A stretch of DNA of 64,000 nt from Pseudomonadota bacterium (GTDB lineage Bacteria > Pseudomonadota > Gammaproteobacteria > JAKAQQ01). Made by a program: the position numbers and the translations under genes. This document shows positions 40,973 through 52,519 of this stretch, in pieces (the first letter of the stretch is position 1; the number at the start of each line of letters is the position of its first letter). The notes beneath the pieces were generated by a model. That model worked only from the letters and a program-made list of their open reading frames with translations, was not told where the DNA came from and searched no databases. Location: positions 130,546-194,545 of the forward strand of contig DAHWSH010000011.1 of NCBI GenBank assembly GCA_027338645.1, read 5' to 3'.

Positions 40973-42313
40973 TCACTTGCCGATACAGAAAGTTGAGAAG
41001 ATTGCCCCCAGGAGGTCCTCGGTTGCCGGTGGATCGAGAATTTGCCCGAGCGCTACCTGGGCCCGGCGAAGCCCTTCGGCCATGAGCTCGAAGGGCTCAT
41101 TGTGTTCAAAAGCAACTCGCGCCCGGAGGATTTCCTGTCGGCACAGTGACAACGCATCAAGGTGACGAGGGCGAGCGAGCAGGAGACCCGGTGAACCATC
41201 GGTTACCGAACGGACCTCATCCAGGATAGCGGATTGGAGTTCGGCCACCCCTTCGCCAGTTTCAGCAGACAGGGCAAAGGATCGGTCATCCTCGCGTCCC
41301 GGTTTCCGCCTACTCCTGTCGATCTGGTTGCAGATTCTCCAGATCCGATGGGATCCAGCCCACTCCCGCTGTCGGAGCTCGTCCTCCGGATGCCAACCCA
41401 CGGTATCGTCGATCACGTAAAGCACAAGTTGGGCCCTTTCGATAGCATTCACGGCCCGGCGCATCCCTTCCTGTTCGATCGGATCCCGTGATTCCCGGAA
41501 ACCGGCTGAATCAATGATATGCAGACGGACCCCTTCCCATAGGCAATCGGCCTCCAGGAGATCCCGCGTTGTCCCGGGCAAGGAAGTGACGATGGCCCTT
41601 GACTCGCCGATAAAACGGTTGAACAAAGTGGATTTTCCAGCATTAACCGGACCGGCCAGAACGAGGGACCAGCCCTGTCTCAGGTTCAGTCCTGCCTCCC
41701 CTCGTTTGATGAGTCGACCCAGATCTTCTTCCAGAGCTAGCAGCACACGAGCAGCAAAGGGCAACGGAGTCACCACCTCTTCCCCAAAATCAATCTGGGC
41801 CTCGGTCTGGACCCGAAGCGCCTGGATCCGCTCACCGAGCTGCCGGACCTCCTGTGAGAACCCTCCCGAAAGCGATTGGAGGGCGGCACGGGCGGCAGCC
41901 TGGCTTTCGGCATTGATGAGATCCGCGACGGCCTCAGCCTGTGCAAGGTCTATGCGACCATTCAGAAAAGCGCGTTCGGAAAACTCTCCTGGCCGGGCCA
42001 ATCGAGCCCCTTGTTCGAGCAGCGCTTGAATCAGGGCTTCGATCGTAATCGGGCTGCCGTGACCTTGGAATTCGACCAGGTCTTCTCCTGTGTACGAGCA
42101 GGGCCGCACGAAACAGATAACCAGACCATAATCGATCTCTCGATTCTGGGCATCACGGAAGGTTCGAACCCGGGCCATCCGGGGCGGGGGCAGTGAACCC
42201 GTAACCCGTTCGGCCAAGGGGAACGCACCCTCGCCGCTCAACCGCACGATGCCGACAGCGCCCGTCCCCGGTGGTGTGGCTCCCGCAACAATAATGTCGC
42301 GCCCTGCGGTCAT
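40973..42313 (-). CDS. mnmE: tRNA modification GTPase MnmE (TrmE)
   Basis: 446 aa; G-domain GPVNAGKSTLFN, C-terminal CIGK. Confidence 0.96.
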   Translation of the reverse strand: MTAGRDIIVAGATPPGTGAVGIVRLSGEGAFPLAERVTGSLPPPRMARVRTFRDAQNREIDYGLVICFVRPCSYTGEDLVEFQGHGSPITIEALIQALLEQGARLARPGEFSERAFLNGRIDLAQAEAVADLINAESQAAARAALQSLSGGFSQEVRQLGERIQALRVQTEAQIDFGEEVVTPLPFAARVLLALEEDLGRLIKRGEAGLNLRQGWSLVLAGPVNAGKSTLFNRFIGESRAIVTSLPGTTRDLLEADCLWEGVRLHIIDSAGFRESRDPIEQEGMRRAVNAIERAQLVLYVIDDTVGWHPEDELRQREWAGSHRIWRICNQIDRSRRKPGREDDRSFALSAETGEGVAELQSAILDEVRSVTDGSPGLLLARPRHLDALSLCRQEILRARVAFEHNEPFELMAEGLRRAQVALGQILDPPATEDLLGAIFSTFCIGK

Positions 42314-42320
42314 TGATGGA

Positions 42321-43997
42321 TCAGCGGTGGGCTTTTGCCATCTCGCGCATCACAACCCGGTTGATGTGCCACTGCTGTCCTATCCCGAACAGCCCGCTCA
42401 CGACCCAGTAAAGATCGAGACCGCTGGGCATCACACTGGCCATGAGCGTCGTCATAAGCGGCAGAACCACCGTGAGCATACGCCTCTGGTTCTTGTCCAT
42501 CGTCGCTGCCTGTGGGCTGACACGCTGCTGCACCAGCATGATCAGACCATAGAGAACCGGCAAAATATACAGCGGGTCCGGAGCTGACAGATCGCGGATC
42601 CAGAGCATGAATGGCGCATGCCGAAGCTCGACACTCACGAGCAAGACCCAATAAAGCGCGATATAGATCGGAAACTGGATCAACATCGGCAAGCAGCCTG
42701 AGACAGGATTTATTTTTTCTTTCTTGTAGATCTCGAGAACCGCCCGGTAGCTCTGCTCGCGGTCGTCCTTGAAGCGCTCCTGTGTGGCTTTGATCCGCGG
42801 CTGTACGGCCTGCATTCGGGCCATGGCGCGACCACCCTTGTGCTGGAGTGGGAAGAACAGCAGCTTGATCAACAAAACGAGCAGAATGATCGCCACTCCC
42901 CAGTTGCCGACCCATTGCTGGATCCATGACAAGATGAGATAAAGGGGTTGCGATAAAACAGCAAAAAAGCCGTAGTTCACCGTCTGGGCGAGTCCCGGGG
43001 CAACCGTCCCTAGATGCCGCTGCCGCTTGGGCCCGACATAGAGACCGACCTGTTCTCGAATCTGCTGACCCGGCAGGATGCGGCTACCGGGGCCAAGAGC
43101 ACCCAACCAGTAGCGGGTCGTCGAAAGGGAACGGGCATAGTAGTGCCAAGGGGTTTTCGCCGGCGGGATCAGGGCAGCCAGAAAATAGCGGTTCGTATAG
43201 GCCAGCCAGCCACCCGCTCGAAGCATCGTGAATGATCCTTTCCGGATCCGTGAGGGGGAAAGCTCGTGGTAGGCTCTGCCGTTGTAGTACGTAGCCCCTC
43301 GGTAGATAAAGTTCTGCGGCAAAAGGTGTCCAAGCCAAGAAATATGGACGATGGGATGAGCATGGTCCAAGCCCATGAGGGGAGCCCCCGACCAGGGTAT
43401 CTTGGACAAGTTAGCTACTGTGCTTTCAACCCGGATGCGATAGCTCCGAGCATAAAAGATCCAGCGTTCCTCAATTCGGATTCCTTGCCGCTTCCAGACC
43501 AGAGGAACCGTGAGCGTTCGGGTCCCCGGTTTCAAATCGTAGTGTCGGTGGGCACTTTTGAACTCTCCGGTCAGCCCTGGGGCGGGCGCACCGTGGAGTC
43601 CAACCCAAGTGACTACGCCGGTAAGACGCCTTTCCCCACGGTCATCAAACCAGGCCTTCGGTGGACTGTGCGCAGCAAGGGTCTTGGGATAATGAACCAG
43701 TTCAAGATGACGAAGCCGCCCGCCCGCAAGATCAAGACGGATTCGGTAAAAATCGGTCTGGATGCGGATGATCCCACCCGGGTGTCTCCGGGCGGCTACC
43801 GGCACCACAGGGGAAGCCGCGGTTATGGCCTTCGTTCCTGGAACAATCGAAGGACTGTGGGAAGGCTGGCCCGTCGTCATCTGTGCGGTGGCAGGCAGCT
43901 TGGATGGAGGCTTAGAAAATTCAAGCTCCCAAGCGTTCCACATCAGGTAAACCACGGCCGCAAGGCTCAGCCAAAGCAGGAGACGACGGTTATCCAC
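42321..43997 (-). CDS. yidC: Membrane protein insertase YidC
   Basis: Start GTG 43997 giving (M)DNRRLLLWLSLAAVVYLMWNAW (E. coli [23 protein letters not shown]); conserved C-terminal 5-TM insertase core. The track ORF 42321..44135 is over-extended. Confidence 0.95.
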   Translation of the reverse strand: MDNRRLLLWLSLAAVVYLMWNAWELEFSKPPSKLPATAQMTTGQPSHSPSIVPGTKAITAASPVVPVAARRHPGGIIRIQTDFYRIRLDLAGGRLRHLELVHYPKTLAAHSPPKAWFDDRGERRLTGVVTWVGLHGAPAPGLTGEFKSAHRHYDLKPGTRTLTVPLVWKRQGIRIEERWIFYARSYRIRVESTVANLSKIPWSGAPLMGLDHAHPIVHISWLGHLLPQNFIYRGATYYNGRAYHELSPSRIRKGSFTMLRAGGWLAYTNRYFLAALIPPAKTPWHYYARSLSTTRYWLGALGPGSRILPGQQIREQVGLYVGPKRQRHLGTVAPGLAQTVNYGFFAVLSQPLYLILSWIQQWVGNWGVAIILLVLLIKLLFFPLQHKGGRAMARMQAVQPRIKATQERFKDDREQSYRAVLEIYKKEKINPVSGCLPMLIQFPIYIALYWVLLVSVELRHAPFMLWIRDLSAPDPLYILPVLYGLIMLVQQRVSPQAATMDKNQRRMLTVVLPLMTTLMASVMPSGLDLYWVVSGLFGIGQQWHINRVVMREMAKAHR

Positions 43998-44256
43998 GGT
44001 TGGGGATCCCCCCTGCCCGGCCAGACGGAACCGGGTCCTCGCCACCTTCCGACCAGGGATTGCACCGTGCGAGGCGCCATAGGATGAGGGGCAACCCCCG
44101 AAAGAAGCCGTGCTCCCGGAGTACTCCCTCGGCATAGGCAGAACAGGTGGGCTCGAAGCGACATTGTCCGCCCCAGATTGGGCTTCCCCAGCGCTGGTAA
44201 AAATGGATCAACGCAATCAGGACGGGAGAGAGCCCGCGGATTCTATTTTTCGCCAT
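43990..44256 (-). CDS. yidD: Membrane protein insertion efficiency factor YidD
   Basis: 88 aa; LIHFYQRWGSPIWGGQCRFEPTCSAYA signature. Confidence 0.9.
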   Translation of the reverse strand: MAKNRIRGLSPVLIALIHFYQRWGSPIWGGQCRFEPTCSAYAEGVLREHGFFRGLPLILWRLARCNPWSEGGEDPVPSGRAGGIPNRG

Positions 44257-44576
44257 AGTTTCTTGACATCCTCATAGAGTGCCTGCCGTTCTGCACTCCG
44301 ACCACCAGACTTGGCTACGAGCACGACATCGAGTTGTCGCCGGTCCATCTCCCTGAGGAGCCGAAAAGTCTGCCGGGCTTGGCGCTTGATGAGGTTTCTA
44401 CGAACCGCTCGCCCCGCAGATTTCCTGGAGATGGCAAGACCCAAACGAGAGCCTGAACCCGTTCCCGGTAAAACGAAAGCCACAAAATACTGGCTATGGA
44501 CCTTCGCTCCGTTCTCGAAAACCCGTTCAAACTCCTCGGGCCGGGTCAGTCGATTCCCGTGATTCTTCAATCCCAA
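44217..44576 (-). CDS. rnpA: RNase P protein component
   Basis: 119 aa basic protein; RLGLAISRK..G.AV.RN..KR motif. Confidence 0.92.
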   Translation of the reverse strand: MGLKNHGNRLTRPEEFERVFENGAKVHSQYFVAFVLPGTGSGSRLGLAISRKSAGRAVRRNLIKRQARQTFRLLREMDRRQLDVVLVAKSGGRSAERQALYEDVKKLWRKIESAGSLPS

Positions 44577-44594
44577 GGAACTGGACCAGCCCTG

Positions 44595-44729
44595 TCAGGG
44601 AATCAGGCGATGTCGTCCTTTCCTGCGACGTGACTGCAGCACGGCACGACCCTGGCGGGTTGCCATCCGGGCACGAAAACCATGAGTCCGCTTGCGGTGA
44701 AGATTGCTCGGTTGAAAAGTGCGTTTCAT
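44595..44729 (-). CDS. rpmH: 50S ribosomal protein L34
   Basis: Not in the ORF track (under 60 aa). Reverse strand encodes [44 protein letters not shown]. Confidence 0.95.
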   Translation of the reverse strand: MKRTFQPSNLHRKRTHGFRARMATRQGRAVLQSRRRKGRHRLIP

Positions 44730-44945
44730 GCTCCGGGCCCCATTAATCCCCATCGTTCGAACATCCAGAGACGCCCGAACACCAAATTGGAAAGGTAATC
44801 ATTGTACGGATCTGCGCGCAGGAACTCAAGCCCTTCAGGGCATGCTCCACTCAACCTAGCGGAACTCCAAGCATTCCTGGGAAAGGTTTTGGTCCAAGTT
44901 GGCAACCTTCTTTCCTGTTGCTAGACTGGTCACATAGATCGCCAT

Positions 44946-44954
44946 CGATCCACA
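44946..44954 (+). promoter_or_regulatory. DnaA-box-like sequence (cGATCCACA, 7/9 to TTATCCACA) 22 bp upstream of the dnaA ATG
   Basis: Read from the sequence; its position fits dnaA autoregulation. Confidence 0.3.
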
Positions 44955-44976
44955 AAACCCCTGAGCCCGATGCCGC

Positions 44977-46302
44977 ATGACCTCCGGAGTATGGAACCAC
45001 TGTCTGGATGTGCTCAAGACTGAGCTTTGTCACGAGGATTTCTCCCGCTGGATTTACCCCCTGCAATGCCGCGAGTCTGAGGGCGATCTCCACCTCTTCG
45101 CACCGAACGTTATCGTGGCCGATTGGGTGCATGACAATTGTTTGGCTCGGATTCAGGCTTTGGTCCTTGAACAGGGTGGGCCCCATCCCCAAAAAGTTCA
45201 AATCCTGATCGGTAAATCTTCCCCCGAGCCGCAGGACCACAGCAATAGCAGACCCGCAGTCCGTCCTCGTGAAGAGATGACCGGAAGTCCTTGGAATCGT
45301 GACTACCTCTTCGAAAACTTTGTGGAAGGAAAATGCAACCAGATCGCCAGAGCGGCAGCCTTACAGGTCGCCGAACATCCTGGGACAGCCTACAACCCAC
45401 TTCTGATCTATGGAGGAGTGGGACTTGGGAAAACCCACCTCATGCAGGCTGTTGGACACCGCATGAACGCACAAGTCGGTAGATACCAGGTGGCCTACGT
45501 CCATTCGGAACGTTTCGTTGCTGACATGGTTGGAGCCCTTCGTCACAACATGATGAATGAGTTCAAGAAGCGGTATCGTTCCCTTGATGCCCTCTTCATT
45601 GACGATATCCAGTTTTTTGCCGGAAAAGATCGTTCCCAAGAAGAATTTTTTCATACCCTGAACAACTTGATTGATGGTCATCATCAGGTCATCATCAGCT
45701 GTGACCGCTATCCCAAAGAAGTCGAGGGTCTCGAGGAACGGCTGAAGTCCCGTTTCAGCTGGGGGCTAACCGTCGAGATCGAACCCCCAGAGCTGGAAAC
45801 GAGTGTGGCAATTTTATCCCGGAAGGCAGAGCGCTTAGGGGTTGATCTACCGCATGAAGTCGCTTTTTTTATAGCCCAGCTGATTCGCTCCAATGTCCGC
45901 GAACTCGAAGGAGCACTCCATCGAATTATGGCTTACGCGCAGTTCACAGGCCAAAGAGTCACGGTAGCCTTGAGCAAAGAAGCGCTTCGAGATCTGATCT
46001 CCCTTCAGCAGCGTCAGGTCAGCCTAGAAAACATCCAGCGAACTGTCGCGGCCTACTTCCGGATCCGTACCTCAGACCTAGAATCAAAAAGCCGTAAGCG
46101 TTCTCTTGTCCGGCCCCGGCAAATTGCCATGAGCTTGGCGAAGGACCTGACTGAGCATAGTCTGCCCGAAATCGGGCACGCTTTCGGCGGACGCGACCAC
46201 ACAACCGTCCTCCATGCCTGCTCAAAAATAGGCGAGCTCAAAAAGTCTGATCCCCGACTGAGTGATGATTACGAAAACCTCATCCGGACTCTGACAGGGT
46301 AA
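44977..46302 (+). CDS. dnaA: Chromosomal replication initiator DnaA
   Basis: 441 aa; N-terminal WNHCLDVLKTELCHEDFSRWIYPLQ...LHLFAPNVIVADWV, Walker A GGVGLGKTHL, C-terminal DNA-binding domain. Confidence 0.98.
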   Translation: MTSGVWNHCLDVLKTELCHEDFSRWIYPLQCRESEGDLHLFAPNVIVADWVHDNCLARIQALVLEQGGPHPQKVQILIGKSSPEPQDHSNSRPAVRPREEMTGSPWNRDYLFENFVEGKCNQIARAAALQVAEHPGTAYNPLLIYGGVGLGKTHLMQAVGHRMNAQVGRYQVAYVHSERFVADMVGALRHNMMNEFKKRYRSLDALFIDDIQFFAGKDRSQEEFFHTLNNLIDGHHQVIISCDRYPKEVEGLEERLKSRFSWGLTVEIEPPELETSVAILSRKAERLGVDLPHEVAFFIAQLIRSNVRELEGALHRIMAYAQFTGQRVTVALSKEALRDLISLQQRQVSLENIQRTVAAYFRIRTSDLESKSRKRSLVRPRQIAMSLAKDLTEHSLPEIGHAFGGRDHTTVLHACSKIGELKKSDPRLSDDYENLIRTLTG

Positions 46303-46496
46303 AAACAGTGCATAACTCCTCTAAGGCATCAGCCTGTGTTTCCCCAGCTGTGCTCCTCCACAGCTTATACACAACGGATACCCCTCTTGGGGAAGCCGGA
46401 ATTCTTCATCATATCAGTCGCAAAACCATTGGACAGAGTGTTTATTCACCTTTACTACTAGTACCACCAACTTAGAATCTTTAAAGAGTGATATTT
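46303..46496. promoter_or_regulatory. dnaA-dnaN intergenic region with DnaA boxes and an AT-rich tract (candidate oriC / DNA-unwinding element)
   Basis: Perfect consensus DnaA box TTATACACA at 46365..46373; TTATTCACC (8/9) at 46442..46450; 46441..46496 is markedly AT-rich in a roughly 60% GC genome. The gene-strand switch sits just upstream, between rpmH and dnaA. Confidence 0.4.
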
Positions 46497-47609
46497 ATGA
46501 GCATCACCATAAACCGCGAAAAAATCCTGGGTCCAGTTACTTCCGTGCTGGGCGTGGTCGAGCGTAAACAGACCATGCCGATCCTTTCCAATATATTGAT
46601 AAATATAAACAAAAACAAACTTTCTGTAACCTCTTCCGACCTTGAGGTCGAGCTTATTGCCACAGAAAAGCTGGAAAGCCAAGGCGAACTTCTCATTACA
46701 GTTCCAGGACGGAAGTTTGCTGACATCATTCGTTCTCTTCCGATGAACCAAGAGATCTATTTGGAGATTGATGCGGATCGATTGAAACTGAAGGCTGGGC
46801 GTGCACGCTTTACTGTTCTCACGCAGCCGGCCGAAGATTTTCCATTGATTGAGAAACCCCAGTCGCCGGTTTTCATTGAGGTTCCCCAAGATCGTTTGCG
46901 TGAGTTGATTCGCAAGACCCATTTCGCGATGGCCCAAAACGATGTCCGTTACTATCTCAATGGGCTACGTTTCGAGTATTCCAATCAGGTTCTCCGAGCC
47001 GTTGCGACAGATGGGCACCGTCTTTCTGTCGGGACGATCACACTGTCTTCTCAACCCATAAGCGGTGATTCAGGAGAAAAAGCGGCAATCGTACCCAGAA
47101 AAGGAATTCTCGAGCTTGAACGTCTCATGGGAGATGGTGAACAGCCGATTCGCATGGCATTTGCAAGCAATCACCTCTGTGTGGAATGCGGGAATCTTTC
47201 CCTCACCACGAAACTGATAGAGGGCCGCTATCCGGATTACTCAAGCGTGATTCCAAAGGAGAGCCGGCATCATGTTGTCGTAGATCGAAACCACATGAAG
47301 GAAGCCCTGTCACGTGCTGCGATCTTGGCGAATGAAAAGATCCGTGGGGTTCGTCTGGGCTTTGAAACAAAATCTCTGCGGATGGTTGGACATAACGCCG
47401 AACAGGAGGAAGCTGAGGATGTGGTCGAGACAAACTATGAGGGAGATGCATTCGAAGTAGGATTCAATGTCACCTATCTTCTCGATGTCCTGAATGCGGT
47501 GACGGAATCTGAGATTGAAATCCTCATCAATGATCCGAACAGCAGTTGCCGGATTGATCCGAAAGGAAACACGAGCTTCCAGTATGTGATCATGCCGATG
47601 CGCCTGTAA
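46497..47609 (+). CDS. dnaN: DNA polymerase III beta sliding clamp
   Basis: Start MSITINREKILGPVTSVLGVVERKQTMPILSNI (AAGAG Shine-Dalgarno site); 370 aa. Confidence 0.97.
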   Translation: MSITINREKILGPVTSVLGVVERKQTMPILSNILININKNKLSVTSSDLEVELIATEKLESQGELLITVPGRKFADIIRSLPMNQEIYLEIDADRLKLKAGRARFTVLTQPAEDFPLIEKPQSPVFIEVPQDRLRELIRKTHFAMAQNDVRYYLNGLRFEYSNQVLRAVATDGHRLSVGTITLSSQPISGDSGEKAAIVPRKGILELERLMGDGEQPIRMAFASNHLCVECGNLSLTTKLIEGRYPDYSSVIPKESRHHVVVDRNHMKEALSRAAILANEKIRGVRLGFETKSLRMVGHNAEQEEAEDVVETNYEGDAFEVGFNVTYLLDVLNAVTESEIEILINDPNSSCRIDPKGNTSFQYVIMPMRL

Positions 47610-48677
47610 ATGCCGATTGGCAGACTTAGATTACAGAGTTTTAGATGTTTTGGTCTAGAGGATATCGTCCTGGAGGGATCGGCTATCCTCAAGGGACCCA
47701 ACGGATCGGGTAAGACATCCCTGCTTGAGGCCATATACCTGCTGGCCCGCGGTCGCTCTTTCAGAACTTCCAGACTTTCCAATCTGGTCCGGGCCGGTGA
47801 CCAATCCTTCCGGGTTGAGTCAAGTGTCCTCTTCCAAGAAGAATCTTGGACTGTCAAAACCACTTTTGAATGTGGGCTTAAAACGTATATCAACGATAGA
47901 GATTCAACGGCTCGAGAGGTCGGCCGTCTTTTTCCACTGACCTTGATGGATTCCGATATCACCCAAATCGTTCTAGGAGCGCCTGAACGCCGGCGGCGCC
48001 TTTTGGACTGGCTTATGTTCCACGTGGAACCGGAAAACTGGAGAACTTGGAAGTTCTACCGACGGGCTCTCCTGCAGTGGCAATGGGCACTTCGTTCCGG
48101 CATGAGCGCTGATGTCTGGTTTGGCCGGATGATGGAGCTTGCCCCAGGAATTGAAGAATCCAGAAAGCGGCTTCTCGCTGGCTGTCTCCCCTTTTGGGAA
48201 CAGGCGGCTTCTATTCTGTTTCATGGGCAGACATTCAAGTTTGACTATAAAAATGGGAGGGATCTACCCGGTCGGGATGGTATGGATACGCAATCCAAAG
48301 ACCTTTCAATGGATGGACCGACGTCCATTTTTACGGGTCCCGGCTTACAAAAGGCAGATGTTGAAATCCGGGTTGAGCAGAATCCTGTTCGTCAGTTTTT
48401 TTCACGTGGTCAGGCCAAGCTCTTGGCAATGGCACTGGTCTGGGGTGGTTCCCGATTTTTGGCACAGAAACTTGACACCTGTCCGATCCTTCTTCTGGAT
48501 GACTTTTCGTCCGAGCTGGACGAGGCCGCCCAGGCTCAACTTTTAGGCTTGATGGAAGAGGGAGGGATACAGGTCATCATGACCGCATCAAGCCTCTCCC
48601 ATGTGGCTTTGGAACGGTGGTCAAATGGGCTGTTCCACGTGGAACAAGGGCATGTTCAGGCAGTGCGTCCATGCTAG
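47610..48677 (+). CDS. recF: DNA replication and repair protein RecF
   Basis: 355 aa; Walker A GPNGSGKTSLLEAI, SMC-like signature and Walker B LLLDDFSSELD. Confidence 0.96.
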   Translation: MPIGRLRLQSFRCFGLEDIVLEGSAILKGPNGSGKTSLLEAIYLLARGRSFRTSRLSNLVRAGDQSFRVESSVLFQEESWTVKTTFECGLKTYINDRDSTAREVGRLFPLTLMDSDITQIVLGAPERRRRLLDWLMFHVEPENWRTWKFYRRALLQWQWALRSGMSADVWFGRMMELAPGIEESRKRLLAGCLPFWEQAASILFHGQTFKFDYKNGRDLPGRDGMDTQSKDLSMDGPTSIFTGPGLQKADVEIRVEQNPVRQFFSRGQAKLLAMALVWGGSRFLAQKLDTCPILLLDDFSSELDEAAQAQLLGLMEEGGIQVIMTASSLSHVALERWSNGLFHVEQGHVQAVRPC

Positions 48678-48690
48678 AATTCAAGGATAA

Positions 48691-51108
<2,418 letters not shown>

Positions 51109-51174
51109 CGGAACGAGGAGCCCTGCTCCGGTTACTCCACCGGTGTTGAGGAGAATCCCGAGAAGGACAGACTG

Positions 51175-51900
51175 TCAGCAGGAGTGGATCTGAACCAGTT
51201 CACGCTCCATCCATTCGCTTACCTGCCGGTTGAGTTCGTCTGGAGAAAGGCCGAGCCCGTCGATTGGCGGTCCGATACGCACTTGAATGGTGCCCGGATG
51301 TTTGAGTAGACTCCTTCGTGACCAGAAGTCTCCGGCGTTGTGTGCAATCGGAATGATGGAGTGCCCGCTCTCGCTTGCCAGAAGCGCACCGCTCACTCCA
51401 TAACGCCGGCGTTCGCTCGGTGCGAGTCGGGTCCCTTCAGGGAAAAAGTTGAGTGTTCGACCCTGAGCCAACTGGTCTCGACCCTCCCTCAGGACCTGAT
51501 TCACGGCACGGTGTCCGGCGCTGCGATTGATGGCAATGGGTTTCAGGGTGGCAATCGCCCAGCCGACAATCGGGATCCAGAGTAGTTCCCGCTTGAGTAC
51601 CCAGGTGGGTTTCGTGGGCAGGAGGAAAGAAAGAAAAGTCTCCCACGTGGATTCGTGACGCCAGAATAGGATCCCGCCGGTCTTCGGAAGATGGGACAGT
51701 CCCGTGACCTGGTAGTCCAGCCCACAAAGCCAGGAAAGGGCCTTGAGTTCGAAGGAAGCGCAGGCACGCCCGACGGCAAAACGGAAACGCTCGAGGGGAG
51801 GCAGACCTAGTGTCAGCGCCATGGGAACCGCAAATAAGGTGATGCTGAGCCCCATAAGCAGGGTAAAGAGGACGGAGCGGGTAATCAGGGAGATGCGCAT
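51175..51900 (-). CDS. plsC: 1-acyl-sn-glycerol-3-phosphate acyltransferase family (PlsC-like)
   Basis: 241 aa; N-terminal TM, acyltransferase HxxxxE/D block (HESTWE) and FPEGTR motif. Confidence 0.75.
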   Translation of the reverse strand: MRISLITRSVLFTLLMGLSITLFAVPMALTLGLPPLERFRFAVGRACASFELKALSWLCGLDYQVTGLSHLPKTGGILFWRHESTWETFLSFLLPTKPTWVLKRELLWIPIVGWAIATLKPIAINRSAGHRAVNQVLREGRDQLAQGRTLNFFPEGTRLAPSERRRYGVSGALLASESGHSIIPIAHNAGDFWSRRSLLKHPGTIQVRIGPPIDGLGLSPDELNRQVSEWMERELVQIHSC

Positions 51901-51934
51901 TGGAAACCCGTACGGTTGATGGAGCTGGATTCAT

Positions 51935-52519
51935 TCATCCGGTGTTCTCCACAAGGGAATGGACTAGGGCAGCAAGGTCCGCATGGATTTCTACCGGCTG
52001 GGTTAGCGGGTGGCCTTCGAGGCCCCTCTTCGTATGTTGCCCCTGTCCGGTGAGTACAAGAACCGGGTGGGCACCGACTGCGATGGCGGCCTCGAGATCG
52101 CGTCTGGCATCCCCTACCGCCGCGAGCCCTGCCAGGGGAACCTGGAACTGTTTCGAGAATTCATGGAACAGTGCGGTGTTCGGCTTGCGGCAGGCACAAC
52201 CCTCCCAAGGAGCATGGGGACAGTGGTAGATGGCTGCAAGATGGCCACCCGCTTGCTCAATCCATTCCCTCATCCGTGCGTGAATCGCCTCGAGAGTCTG
52301 GTTGGTCATGAGCCCCCGGCCGATGGCAGATTGGTTAGTGATAACGACGATTCCATATCCGCAGCGGTTAAGCTTGGAAATCGACTCGAGGCTGCCGGGG
52401 ATGGGATGCCAGGCATCCGGGCTCAGAATATGATCCGGAGAATCAAAGTTGATGACCCCATCCCGGTCAAGAATGATCCATCGGGTGGGTTTTTCAGCTA
52501 CGACATGAGGTTGAGTCAC
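51935..52519 (-). CDS. gmhB: D-glycero-beta-D-manno-heptose-1,7-bisphosphate 7-phosphatase (HAD, histidinol-phosphatase family)
   Basis: 194 aa; HAD motif I ILDRDGVIN, Zn-binding C..H.C...C-type segment; glyQS-gmhB-plsC synteny. Confidence 0.85.
   Translation of the reverse strand: MTQPHVVAEKPTRWIILDRDGVINFDSPDHILSPDAWHPIPGSLESISKLNRCGYGIVVITNQSAIGRGLMTNQTLEAIHARMREWIEQAGGHLAAIYHCPHAPWEGCACRKPNTALFHEFSKQFQVPLAGLAAVGDARRDLEAAIAVGAHPVLVLTGQGQHTKRGLEGHPLTQPVEIHADLAALVHSLVENTG

Noticed and set aside
43991-43999. TTATCCACG, an 8/9 match to the DnaA-box consensus
   Set aside because: It is coding sequence: the GTG start codon and first codons of yidC (GTG GAT AAC) overlapping the yidD 3' end. There is no clustering with other boxes, so the match is coincidental.
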